NCBI GenBank assembly: GCA_964395085.1
Contig: CAYNAN010000005.1
Span: forward strand, 143-64,142
DNA length: 64,000 nucleotides
Source of the DNA: an uncultured Synergistaceae bacterium
Lineage (GTDB): Bacteria > Synergistota > Synergistia > Synergistales > Dethiosulfovibrionaceae
Reading direction: 5' to 3'
The first letter of the stretch is position 1. The number at the start of each line of letters is the position of its first letter. This document shows positions 9,208 through 18,430 of this stretch, piece after piece. A program made the translations under genes and the position numbers. The notes under the pieces were generated by a model. That model made no database searches. It saw only the letters and a list, made by a program, of their open reading frames with translations, and had not been told where the DNA came from.

Positions 9208-10686
9208 CTAAAGAATTACCCCGTTTTTGAAGATGGATATCTCTCCGATATGGTTTTCCTCGTTACGGGTCTTCCTGCCCTCCGCTATCTCGATGACCAG
9301 CCTCATGAGCCTTTGGGCGGTATCGTCCATACCGTGGGTCAGCACGGTCGATGCGTCAAAATCGATCCAGTTATATTTTTTCACCGCAAGATCTTCGTTT
9401 GTAGAAATTTTAACCGTTGGAACCACCGTGCCAAAAGGCGTCCCTCTGCCGGTTGAAAACAGGACCATTCCAGCCCCTGCCGCCGCCATCGCCGTGGACG
9501 ATACGAGGTCGTTGCCGGGAGAATAGACCACGTTGAGTCCCGATCTGGAAAACATCTGACCATAGTTTAATACGTCGGTCAATATGGACTTTCCGCTCTT
9601 GGATACGGCACCAAGGGATTTTTCCTCCAGAGTGCTTATGCCTCCGGCCCTGTTTCCAGGGGACGGATTCTCAAAAACCGGCTGGCCGTGTCCGATAAAG
9701 TAATCCCTAAAAGACAGGAGCGCACCAGCAAGTTTTTCTTGAACCTCCTCCGAGGCACATCGGGCAAACAGGCCCTTTTCAGCCCCGAACATCTCAGGTA
9801 TCTCCCCCATAATTACGGATCCACCTGAAGCGGTTATCACGTCCGTGATATGCCCTAGGAGCGGATTAGCGGTTACGCTCGAAAAAGCGTCGCTTCCACC
9901 GCATTTCACCGCCACCACCAGATCTGACATAGGACATGGGACTCGCCCTCGCTCTGCCCTTTCAGAAAGTTTATCCAGAAGAGCCCAAACAGCCCTGTTT
10001 TCGTCCCTTTCCTGCTGCATGGTTACTGTCGCAATATTCGTAATGTTATCCAAAAAAGGGACCATCGTATCAAGCTGTAGGTTCTCACATCCCATGGCAG
10101 CCACCAACACACCAGCAGCATTGGGGTTGTGCGCCAGACCGACCAAGACCCTCCTGGTATTGTCGAGATCACCTCCAAGTTGAGAGCATCCCCACGGATG
10201 TTCTAAAACCCTAACAGCGGAGATCCACGGTGACTTTTTATAATCCTGAACTATGTTTCTAAGCAGGCCGTTTATACATCCAACTGTGGGTATGACCCAA
10301 AGCTCGTTGCGTATTCCGACCCGCCCGTTAGCCCGACGGTATCCTAAAAAACCACCACCATCTGGCACTTGCAACAAAGGCTTAGGAGGAGACGGCTTGC
10401 TCCAGACAGGGACGTGAAGATCCCCGGACAAACCGGATTTTAGGTTGTGGGAATGCACGATCTCTCCAGGGCAAATCCCTCTCGTCGCCACCCCGAGGGA
10501 CTCCCCATACTTTAAGACCTCGGCTCCCTCCGCGATCTCCACGAGAGCCACCTTGAAGCCCTGGGGCACATCGGACATAACAGTTATGGTCTCGCCCCTA
10601 AGGTCTAGAGTATCACCCAAACTAGCCGGTTCGAGAAGGACGGCAACGTTATCCTCTGGAGAGAAGACTATGTGCCTGAGCCCCAT
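9208..10686 (-). CDS. uxaA: Altronate dehydratase
   Basis: The 492-aa ORF has an N-terminal SAF-like domain followed by the UxaA/GarD-type dehydratase domain. It lies adjacent to uxaB and uxaC. Confidence 0.9.
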   Translation of the reverse strand: MGLRHIVFSPEDNVAVLLEPASLGDTLDLRGETITVMSDVPQGFKVALVEIAEGAEVLKYGESLGVATRGICPGEIVHSHNLKSGLSGDLHVPVWSKPSPPKPLLQVPDGGGFLGYRRANGRVGIRNELWVIPTVGCINGLLRNIVQDYKKSPWISAVRVLEHPWGCSQLGGDLDNTRRVLVGLAHNPNAAGVLVAAMGCENLQLDTMVPFLDNITNIATVTMQQERDENRAVWALLDKLSERAERGRVPCPMSDLVVAVKCGGSDAFSSVTANPLLGHITDVITASGGSVIMGEIPEMFGAEKGLFARCASEEVQEKLAGALLSFRDYFIGHGQPVFENPSPGNRAGGISTLEEKSLGAVSKSGKSILTDVLNYGQMFSRSGLNVVYSPGNDLVSSTAMAAAGAGMVLFSTGRGTPFGTVVPTVKISTNEDLAVKKYNWIDFDASTVLTHGMDDTAQRLMRLVIEIAEGRKTRNEENHIGEISIFKNGVIL

Positions 10687-12215
10687 TATCCGAGCACCGT
10701 CTCCATGGCGGATCTCATGCCCTGAGATGTAATGTTAAATATATATTCCCCGACTAGTAGGACTAGCCCCGGTATCTCCGAGAGATCCCGCTTCCAGATG
10801 GAGCTCTTGCCTAAAAAGGCCGTGGCCACACGGAGGGAATCCTCTCTCGTGGGACGATAGTTCTTCCAGACTTCCACAGCTAGGCCCAGAAACGCCCGGT
10901 CATCCCTGAGCTCAAAGGGTTCTCCGTTCCTCATAGATCTGAAGGTTCCCTCTGAGACCTCACCTCCCCTGTAAGTCGCTATGAGGGCCGCGAGGGAGAA
11001 AACCAACCTTTTAGGAAGCTCCCCAAACTTTTCATGATAATCGAGAAGGCTCGGCAGATCTCTAACTACGAACTTAGAGGACGAGTTGAGCATTATGCTC
11101 AAAAGGCGATGAGAGATAAAAGGGTTTCGAAACCGATCCTTCACGGACTCGGCCAGAGCCCTCAGGGCCTCGGTATCCCTGTCATCGATGAAAGCCTGGA
11201 GGATCTCTTGGTCTATCAGCTCGTTAACGAACCTCCCGGTAAGCCCGTCCTCCATCATTTGCTGTACCGTATCAAGGCCACAGAGGAAAGCGGCAGGCAC
11301 ACTTCCTGTATGAGCACCGTTTAATATACGCACCTTACGATTACGGTAGGGACGTTGATCGTCGGTCCATATCACGTTCAGCCCAGCTTTATGAAACGGC
11401 AAAGTTAGGGAAAGCTCTTCCGGTCCCTCCAATACCCATAGATGAAAGCATTCTGCTGTGTCCAAAAGCCTATCAGAGTAGCCTATCTCGGCCTCTATCC
11501 TTGGAGCTTCTTCCCTGGGATAGCCCGTTACGACCCGATCGACCAGGGTGTTAACAAAGGTACAGTTCCCTTCGATCCAGCGGATGAATTCAGCTGGAAG
11601 TCCCCAAAGATCTCCAAACTGAAGTAGCGCCCGCCTGAGATTATTGCCGTTCTCCTCGATCAGCTCACAGGGAATAATCACCATTCCCCTGGCAGGATCA
11701 CCGTTAAAATACCTCCAACGATGGTAAAGAAGGGAGGTTAACTTACCTGGAAAGGTCGTTTGAACATTCCCTTCTCTGTATATATCCGATGGGTCAAAGA
11801 CTATTCCTGCCTCGGTTGTGTTTGATATAACTATCTCCATGTCGGGGGATTCCATACACTCCATTAGGCTGGTCCAGTTCTCGTAAGGATTGATGCAACG
11901 GCTAATGGACGAGATGATCTCCCTGGTCTCCACGAGATCTCCCTCGACCAATCCCCTTAGCAGAAGGGTGTAGAGCCCATCCTGCTCGTTGATAATTTCT
12001 GTTAGCCCCACCTCAATCGGCTGAACCACCACGATTCGACCATTAAAAAAGCCCTCACCGTTCATTTTTTCGAACATCCAGTCAACAAAAGCACGTAGAA
12101 AATTCCCCTCGCCGAACTGGAGAACCCTCTCGGGAAGATCGGGGTTCGACAAAGGAACCTTGATCCCTCCCCGTGGGATATAGCCGTTTAAAAAACGTCG
12201 GCATATCTGAGCCAT
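10686..12215 (-). CDS. uxaB: Tagaturonate reductase (altronate oxidoreductase)
   Basis: The 509-aa ORF contains PERVLQFGEGNFLRAFVDWM, matching the conserved UxaB N-terminal motif. It is the first gene of the operon and overlaps the uxaA start by 1 nt. Confidence 0.87.
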   Translation of the reverse strand: MAQICRRFLNGYIPRGGIKVPLSNPDLPERVLQFGEGNFLRAFVDWMFEKMNGEGFFNGRIVVVQPIEVGLTEIINEQDGLYTLLLRGLVEGDLVETREIISSISRCINPYENWTSLMECMESPDMEIVISNTTEAGIVFDPSDIYREGNVQTTFPGKLTSLLYHRWRYFNGDPARGMVIIPCELIEENGNNLRRALLQFGDLWGLPAEFIRWIEGNCTFVNTLVDRVVTGYPREEAPRIEAEIGYSDRLLDTAECFHLWVLEGPEELSLTLPFHKAGLNVIWTDDQRPYRNRKVRILNGAHTGSVPAAFLCGLDTVQQMMEDGLTGRFVNELIDQEILQAFIDDRDTEALRALAESVKDRFRNPFISHRLLSIMLNSSSKFVVRDLPSLLDYHEKFGELPKRLVFSLAALIATYRGGEVSEGTFRSMRNGEPFELRDDRAFLGLAVEVWKNYRPTREDSLRVATAFLGKSSIWKRDLSEIPGLVLLVGEYIFNITSQGMRSAMETVLG

Positions 12216-12290
12216 CCTCGATCGCTTCCTTTCAGATATTACGGGAACGTCTCCACTCCGTTTTTAGCCACATCCTCTCGGAACAGGAGC

Positions 12291-12340
12291 ATCCACTGAG
12301 TGGATATTTATACTATAACTACAATATTTTGTTCCGTCAA
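12291..12340 (-). promoter_or_regulatory. Candidate promoter and operator of the uxaB...uxuA operon
   Basis: The minus strand carries TTGACG (12335-12340), a 17-nt spacer and TATAGT (12312-12317). Six nt further on is the perfect inverted repeat ATCCAC-TCA-GTGGAT (12291-12305), overlapping the expected transcription start. A ~90-nt leader ends in the RBS GAAAGGAAG. Confidence 0.5.
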
Positions 12341-12410
12341 GAAATACTCCGTTCCACTAAATGAAATCACATCGACCAAAAGGGGTCGAATTGACCTCTA
12401 CATCTACGAT

Positions 12411-12460
12411 AAAGAGCCCCTATCTCCTCTGCAATACGGCAAGGTAGATAGGGGCTCTTT
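12411..12460 (-). terminator. Stem-loop terminator downstream of the SurA-like gene
   Basis: AGAGCCCCTATCT (12413-12425) pairs with AGATAGGGGCTCT (12446-12458), giving a 13-bp stem. It is flanked by A/T runs on both sides. Confidence 0.6.
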
Positions 12461-12522
12461 ATGGTTAAAACGTTTCGCAAAAAAACAGCCTATAGGTCTA
12501 CAGATACAGGCCTATTTTCAAC

Positions 12523-13590
12523 CTACTGTTCAGCGTCAGGGCTAGTCTTATCCTCCGACAGGGATACATCTTCAACTAAGACCTCTTCTTCTGCCTCTTT
12601 TTTCTCAGGGAAGAGAGACGGATCGAGGACCTTGACCTTTACCTTGGATGATATCTCGCTCAAGAACGCCCTCTGAAGTTCCTGCTGTTTCTGGTTTAAC
12701 ACCATTGAACTCAGCTGGGTCTTGGCATCCTCGAAGGACGTCAGATCCTTATCCTTGAATCCCTCTCTGTAGATGACAAGAAAATCGTCGCTGGCCATTT
12801 CGACAGGCTCGTAATAGGTTCCATCGTCCATCGACGCTATAAAGGATAGGCTCTCGGTCAGAGAGTCCTTCTTTATAAAGGCGAACTTGCCTTCCTCTGT
12901 GTGTCCTCTCAGGTCCTCTGATGTAAAGCTGGACATGACGTCGTTCCATCCATCGCCGGATACCAGAGCCTCATAGGCTTTGTCCGCACCATCTTTGGAG
13001 GAAAACTCCGCTGCAAGGACCTCGTAGCCCTCAGGAGAGGTAAAGACAAAGTCCTTAACGCTATCGTATAGCTCCTTAAGCTCTTCATCGGTTACCGCTG
13101 CGGAGGCGGATGCCTCGCTCAGGAGCATCTGCTCCGACAGCTGTACCTCAAGCTGCTTCCTAAGCTTTTCCAGGGAGACGCCGCTCTCGGAAAGATACTG
13201 CTGAAAGGCCTCTTTGGTCGGGAACTGGTCGGATATCTCTGAGATAGCCTTATCTAGCTCTTCACTGGAGGGCTTTATTCCCATAGCCTTGACCTCTTTA
13301 TTGAGGGCATCCCTCATAACCATTTGATCCAGCACCATCTGATAGAGCATGGGCATGTCAGAGGAGGTTATCTCCTTGATGCCAGCGTTGTCGACGTATT
13401 GCTGGACAGATTGTATCATCTGGCTGAACATGACCTTTTTGCCGTCTATCTCCGCAACCGCGTAATCCTCATTATGGCCACGGCTATCACCGTTACCGCC
13501 AACCCCGTACATCAGAGGGATCGCCAACACAAAACACGCCAGGAAGAACACCAAAATCCATTTAACCTGTGTACGAAGCGTCCTCAACAT
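12523..13590 (-). CDS. SurA N-terminal-domain / PpiD-like periplasmic chaperone
   Basis: The ORF track gives 12523..13689. I prefer the internal ATG at 13590 (MLRTLRTQVKWILVFFLACFVLAIPLMYG), which has a GGGGAAG RBS and begins with a single TM anchor. The rest is an acidic, helical SurA_N-like body in which I see no clear PPIase motif. Confidence 0.6.
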   Translation of the reverse strand: MLRTLRTQVKWILVFFLACFVLAIPLMYGVGGNGDSRGHNEDYAVAEIDGKKVMFSQMIQSVQQYVDNAGIKEITSSDMPMLYQMVLDQMVMRDALNKEVKAMGIKPSSEELDKAISEISDQFPTKEAFQQYLSESGVSLEKLRKQLEVQLSEQMLLSEASASAAVTDEELKELYDSVKDFVFTSPEGYEVLAAEFSSKDGADKAYEALVSGDGWNDVMSSFTSEDLRGHTEEGKFAFIKKDSLTESLSFIASMDDGTYYEPVEMASDDFLVIYREGFKDKDLTSFEDAKTQLSSMVLNQKQQELQRAFLSEISSKVKVKVLDPSLFPEKKEAEEEVLVEDVSLSEDKTSPDAEQ

Positions 13591-13690
13591 CAACGTAAAT
13601 CTTCCCCTTTCATATCTATGAAATTCATAATTATGCCTATCGCATTCGGATATTGTATCACAGCCAAGGCCGAGGTCGAGAAAAACCAAA

Positions 13691-16237
13691 CTACACTTCT
13701 GCCAAAGAGGCCCCTATCTTGCCCTCTGCCACCAGCGGTACGGAGAGGGATGCCACGGACTCCATAATGGCCTTAAGCGACCTCAACACCTCGCTACTAT
13801 CCTCTTGATCGCACTCACAGACGATGGAATCGTGTACCTGGAGGACCATCTCACCGCCCTTCAGCGATCTATCCACCTCTATCATCGCTTTTTTTGCCAG
13901 GTCCGCAGCAGTCCCTTGGATGGGAGAGTTTATAGCGACACGCTTCATATGGCCTTTATCCCTGGCGTTGCCGGTCTCGACCTCGCTTAGAGGCCTCCTT
14001 CTGCCCAATATGGTCTCGGTGTAGCCCAAAGATATGGCCTGATCGGAGCTCTTGGTCATATAGGCCTCGACTCCAGGGAGGGCTTTAAAATACCTGGACA
14101 TTATCTCCTTGGCCTCGTTTTGACCGACACCAAGCCTCTTGGCAAGCCCGAAAGCGCTCATGCCGTAGAGCAACCCAAAGGCGACCATCTTGGCGGATCG
14201 ACGAAGCTCCTTGGTCACCAAGGACGGGTCCACCCCAAAGACCATTGCAGCGGTCTCTGTGTGTATATCCCTGCCCTTCTCGAAAACCTCAACGAGCCTA
14301 GGCTCGCCGGATATGTGGGCCAATACTCTGAGCTCTATCTGAGAGTAGTCCGCCGCCACAAAACAACGATCCTTCCCCCTTGGGACTAGACACCGGCAGA
14401 TCCTATCGGACCACTCACCGTAGGCTGGCAGATTTTGAAGGTTGGGATCCCTGCTGCTCAGTCTCCCCGTTCCGGTGGTATCTGCCTCGAAGGAGCTGTG
14501 GATAACCCCATCTCGCTCGGCCTTGAGGAGAGGGACGGCAAAACCGCTCGACATCTTGGAAAGCTCGCGATGCTCCAAAAGCAACCTAGGTATCTCGCTC
14601 GCCTCGACCGGGAGCTCCGCCAACTGCTCCAGAACCGTGACGTCGGTTGAATAGCCGGTCTTGGTCTTTTTCACCGGGGGAAGCCCCAATCGATCGAATA
14701 GCAACTCGGCGACCTGTTTGGGAGAGTTCAAGTTAATATCCCCCGCTTTTGAGGCTATCAGCTCCGATATCTCCTTCAGCCTTTTATCGAGGTCAACCGT
14801 CACCTGTTCCATCCCTGCTTTGTCTATCCCAACTCCTCTTTTTTCCATCCTCACCAGGACCGGGACCAGAGGAAGATCCAGACGGTTCAGTATTCCATCC
14901 ATCCCCATGTCGGAGACTTCAGAGGACAGCTCTCCCTTCAGTCGCCAGAGATCTATGGCCTGTTCCACCATGGACGAGGGGACGTCGTCTCCTAAAACGG
15001 CCCAGAGATCGTGGGATCCCCTGTCGGGATGGAGCAGATAATCCACAGAACGGAGATCCCAGGGAACGGGAAATCCCGCGTTAAGGCCCACTGAGGCGTA
15101 CAGCCTCTTGTAGTCGGAGGTCACCAAAGATTTACCGATCAAGCCCTCAACTGCCGTATTCGGCAGTTCGTCCCCCTCCCAATAACGACCGCTAGGATCG
15201 CACAGGATAACCTTATCTGGTTTTATATCCATGGGATAGGCTCCACGCCAACTTGAGTGTATAGCGATGGCATCAGAGCCTAAAATGACCTCAAGTGGCA
15301 CTGGCTCCGCCTTTACGGTAATTCCAACCTCAGGCGAGGGCAATTCCTCCGACTCCAGCTCCATCGTCTCCCACTCCTCATCGACCTCCATAAGGTCTGG
15401 CAGGATCTTCTCCAGGGCCTTCATCCCCATCTCCCTGCACAGGGAGATAAACATCCCTCCGTCAGCGGCCGTCTCAGTGTCCTCTGGTAGGGAGTCGAGA
15501 CGAAGCGTGGTCAGAACCAGCGAGCGTCTCACTAAGTCGGAGTTATCCTGAAACTTTTTCCTCTGAGACTGGGTCAGATCGTCCAGATTGGCGAGGATCC
15601 CCTCCAACGATCCGTAGGAGCCAAGAAGCCGCCTCGCGGTCTTGTCCCCCACCCCTGGGACGCCTGGAACGTTGTCCGCCGTGTCTCCTACCAGGGCGAG
15701 ATAATCGGCCATCCTCTCAGGTATAAAGCCGTACTCCGAGATAAAAGAGTCCCTGTCCCAGGAGGTGAAACTGGTGATACCCTTCCCCGGCCTTACAACC
15801 GTCACCCCATCGTCCAGGATCTGCAACATGTCCTTGTCGGACGTAACCACCAAAACCGGCGTACCATGTGAGGCTATGTCCCTCGCCATCGCCCCCAGCA
15901 CGTCGTCCGCCTCGACTCCTTCTTTGCATAGAACCGGTATACCCAATGCTGAGATCATCTTTTTGAGTATGGGAAGTTGGACTTTGAACTCATCCGGCGT
16001 GGGCTTTCTGCCCGCTTTGTACTCCTCAAACATATCGTGACGAAACGTGGGGCCCGGGGCGTCGAAGATAACCGATATAGAGGTCGGCTTCCACTGTTTT
16101 TTCAGCCTCGCCATCATGTTAAAAAATCCCACCAGGGCGTTTGTCGGCGTTCCATCGGGGGCGGTCAGCTCCGGCACGGCGTAAAAAGCTCTGTAAGCAA
16201 GGCCGTGCCCGTCTACAAGCATTACAGGACCACTCAT
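13691..16237 (-). CDS. polA: DNA polymerase I
   Basis: The 848-aa ORF has a 5'-nuclease N-terminus (MLVDGHGLAYRAFYA), polymerase motif A DYSQIELRVLAH and motif C LQVHDSIV. Confidence 0.96.
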   Translation of the reverse strand: MSGPVMLVDGHGLAYRAFYAVPELTAPDGTPTNALVGFFNMMARLKKQWKPTSISVIFDAPGPTFRHDMFEEYKAGRKPTPDEFKVQLPILKKMISALGIPVLCKEGVEADDVLGAMARDIASHGTPVLVVTSDKDMLQILDDGVTVVRPGKGITSFTSWDRDSFISEYGFIPERMADYLALVGDTADNVPGVPGVGDKTARRLLGSYGSLEGILANLDDLTQSQRKKFQDNSDLVRRSLVLTTLRLDSLPEDTETAADGGMFISLCREMGMKALEKILPDLMEVDEEWETMELESEELPSPEVGITVKAEPVPLEVILGSDAIAIHSSWRGAYPMDIKPDKVILCDPSGRYWEGDELPNTAVEGLIGKSLVTSDYKRLYASVGLNAGFPVPWDLRSVDYLLHPDRGSHDLWAVLGDDVPSSMVEQAIDLWRLKGELSSEVSDMGMDGILNRLDLPLVPVLVRMEKRGVGIDKAGMEQVTVDLDKRLKEISELIASKAGDINLNSPKQVAELLFDRLGLPPVKKTKTGYSTDVTVLEQLAELPVEASEIPRLLLEHRELSKMSSGFAVPLLKAERDGVIHSSFEADTTGTGRLSSRDPNLQNLPAYGEWSDRICRCLVPRGKDRCFVAADYSQIELRVLAHISGEPRLVEVFEKGRDIHTETAAMVFGVDPSLVTKELRRSAKMVAFGLLYGMSAFGLAKRLGVGQNEAKEIMSRYFKALPGVEAYMTKSSDQAISLGYTETILGRRRPLSEVETGNARDKGHMKRVAINSPIQGTAADLAKKAMIEVDRSLKGGEMVLQVHDSIVCECDQEDSSEVLRSLKAIMESVASLSVPLVAEGKIGASLAEV

Positions 16238-16349
16238 GTATATCCTCCTTATGATGTATAATCTCTCCTTGACGCAGGCAATTGTACCTCTTGTCGGGGC
16301 AGTAAGACACCCCTTGCAGGAGTAAACCTATAGCAGGAGGAAAAAAACG

Positions 16350-17681
16350 ATGAAAAAAACGAGAGTGAGATTCGCCCCCAGTCCCACAGGGGCACTTCAC
16401 ATAGGCGGAGCCCATACAGCGCTGTTCAACTGGCTCTGGGCTCGCCATACCGGAGGATCCTTCATACTTAGGATCGAGGACACCGACAGGGCAAGGTCCA
16501 CCCAGGAATACGAGAAGACCATCATGGACGGCATGAAATGGATGAACCTGGACTGGGACGAGGGCCCGGACGTGGGGGGAGACTACGGCCCTTACCGTCA
16601 GGCCGACAGGCTGGACCTCTACAGGAAATACGCCGAGGAGCTCCTGGAAAAGGGCAAGGCCTACAGGGATGGAGACGCTATTATCTTCAAGGTCCCTCTT
16701 GGAGAGGATATAGGCTTTCAGGACATAGTTTACGGTTCCATCGACGTTATAAGCGACTCCCTTAAAGACGGCAGGACCGGCGAGATGAAGGACATCGTTC
16801 TCATAAAGAGCGACGGCATGCCGACCTACAACTTTGCGGTTGTAGTCGACGACCATCTCATGGAGATAAGCCACGTCATAAGGGGGGAGGACCACATATC
16901 CAACACCCCCAAGCAGGTCCTCCTCTACAAGGCCCTGGGATGGGAGCTTCCCGAGTTCGCCCACCTTCCGATGATACTGGGCAAGGATAAGAAAAAGCTG
17001 TCCAAAAGGCACGGGGCCACCAGCGTCTACGAATACAGGGACATGGGATACATGCCCAACTCGGTGTTTAACTTTCTAGCCCTACTCGGCTGGGCCCCCG
17101 CAGGTGACAGGGAGATATTCGACAGGGATCTGGCTGTGGCGGAGTTCGAGCTCAAGAACGTCAACAGAAAGCCGTCCGTCCTGGACCTGGACAAGCTGAA
17201 CTTCGTCAACCAGGGTCATCTTCACGCTCTCCCTGTGGAGGAGAAAATATCCATGCTACAGCCCTTCTGGGAGGAGGAAGGAGTGGACCTTTCGAAACTG
17301 GAGAGAAGCTATATGGAAAAGGCCTTCGATATGATGGGAGGAAGAGGTAGGACCGTCAAGGACCTGGCCGAGTTCACCGACTACTTCCTGGACTTCTCCC
17401 CCGTGACAAAACGATACAAAGGCGACGTGGACGAGGACACAAGGAAAAAGCTAAAGGACTTCTTCTCCGGCCTGCTGGGGCTGGAGAACTGGACCGCCCC
17501 TTCGATGGAGGCCTTCGCCAGAGAGTGGACCGAGAGCAACGACGTCAAGCTCAAGGACGTGGCCATGCCCATGAGGTTCGCCATCACAGGACATAAGGTC
17601 AGCCCTGGGATCTTCGAGCTTGCGGAGTTCTTTGGCAAGGACGAGATACGCAAGAGGCTGGAGCACTTTAACTTCGTTTAG
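16350..17681 (+). CDS. gltX: Glutamate--tRNA ligase
   Basis: The 443-aa ORF has the HIGH motif PSPTGALHIGGAHTALFN and the KMSKS-type motif KLSKRHG. Confidence 0.95.
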   Translation: MKKTRVRFAPSPTGALHIGGAHTALFNWLWARHTGGSFILRIEDTDRARSTQEYEKTIMDGMKWMNLDWDEGPDVGGDYGPYRQADRLDLYRKYAEELLEKGKAYRDGDAIIFKVPLGEDIGFQDIVYGSIDVISDSLKDGRTGEMKDIVLIKSDGMPTYNFAVVVDDHLMEISHVIRGEDHISNTPKQVLLYKALGWELPEFAHLPMILGKDKKKLSKRHGATSVYEYRDMGYMPNSVFNFLALLGWAPAGDREIFDRDLAVAEFELKNVNRKPSVLDLDKLNFVNQGHLHALPVEEKISMLQPFWEEEGVDLSKLERSYMEKAFDMMGGRGRTVKDLAEFTDYFLDFSPVTKRYKGDVDEDTRKKLKDFFSGLLGLENWTAPSMEAFAREWTESNDVKLKDVAMPMRFAITGHKVSPGIFELAEFFGKDEIRKRLEHFNFV

Positions 17682-17683
17682 AT

Positions 17684-17720
17684 AAAAACCGGAGGCCTAT
17701 CAGAAGGCCTCCGGTTTTTA
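17684..17720. terminator. Bidirectional intrinsic terminator between gltX and mbhN
   Basis: AAAAA-CCGGAGGCCT-ATCAGA-AGGCCTCCGG-TTTTTA is a perfect 10-bp GC-rich stem. It has an A-tract on one side and a T-tract on the other, and sits between convergent genes. Confidence 0.85.
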
Positions 17721-17726
17721 TCTTGA

Positions 17727-18419
17727 CTATAAGGTTATTTTGACCTTTTCTATGGCGTCTTTTGGACATTTTTCGGCACACAGGCCGCAGGCGACGCACT
17801 TTTCCGGGTCTATAACGTGCTTTTCCTTTACCTTGCCCTCTATAGCCTTAACAGGACATACTTTAGCGCAGAGGGTACAGCCCACGCACTTCTCCTCGAC
17901 CACCGAGTAGACTTCTTTCTCTGACGGTACGGTCGACACCGGGATCTCCGGGGTATCCGGCATCTCGCCCTTACGGTAGGTCCACTCCCTCTGGAAGGGT
18001 TTTCTGTCGGCCTTTCCCGTGTCCAGAGTGACGTTGGATTTTCTGTCGTAGGACGATATGGCAAAATCCCTCGTCATGGTGAGGGCGTCCACAGGACAGA
18101 TGTCGTTGCACTGGGCGCAGAAACAACACCGATCGTTATGTATGATTATCTTCTTTGGCTCGTCGGGAGACCAGTGAATAGCGTTTGCCGGGCAGACCTT
18201 CATGCACATGCCACAGCCGATACAGGTTCCCTTGTCGTAGCCGACCTTGCCCCTGAAACGTCCCCAGGCCTCCACCGGCTCGTTTAGGGATAGCTCCCCC
18301 CTACCGGCGGCCTCCACAGCCGCGGTAAGATCGTCCGGCATGTGGTCCACGGGATAGGGATTGGTAAACCTCTTACTGAAGAGGTGACGGATAATCTGCA
18401 CGGACATCCAGTTCAGCAT
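17727..18419 (-). CDS. mbhN: Membrane-bound hydrogenase subunit MbhN (NuoI-like ferredoxin subunit) with an extra C-terminal 2x[4Fe-4S] domain
   Basis: The 230-aa ORF has four CxxCxxCxxxCP motifs: CIGCGMCMKVCP, CCFCAQCNDICP, CVGCTLCAKVCP and CVACGLCAEKCP. It is the last gene of the mbh operon. Confidence 0.85.
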   Translation of the reverse strand: MLNWMSVQIIRHLFSKRFTNPYPVDHMPDDLTAAVEAAGRGELSLNEPVEAWGRFRGKVGYDKGTCIGCGMCMKVCPANAIHWSPDEPKKIIIHNDRCCFCAQCNDICPVDALTMTRDFAISSYDRKSNVTLDTGKADRKPFQREWTYRKGEMPDTPEIPVSTVPSEKEVYSVVEEKCVGCTLCAKVCPVKAIEGKVKEKHVIDPEKCVACGLCAEKCPKDAIEKVKITL

Positions 18420-18430
18420 AACGTCACCTC

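Noticed and set aside
16119-17012. A 297-aa minus-strand ORF.
   Set aside because: It is antisense to gltX, which has clear HIGH and KMSKS motifs, and it also overlaps the polA N-terminus region. It is a shadow ORF.
16350-17681. GluRS is short (443 aa), which could indicate truncation.
   Set aside because: The C-terminus (AMPMRFAITGHKVSPGIFELAEFFGKDEIRKRL) looks like a normal GluRS end, and the gene is followed by a clean terminator. It is probably just a compact enzyme.
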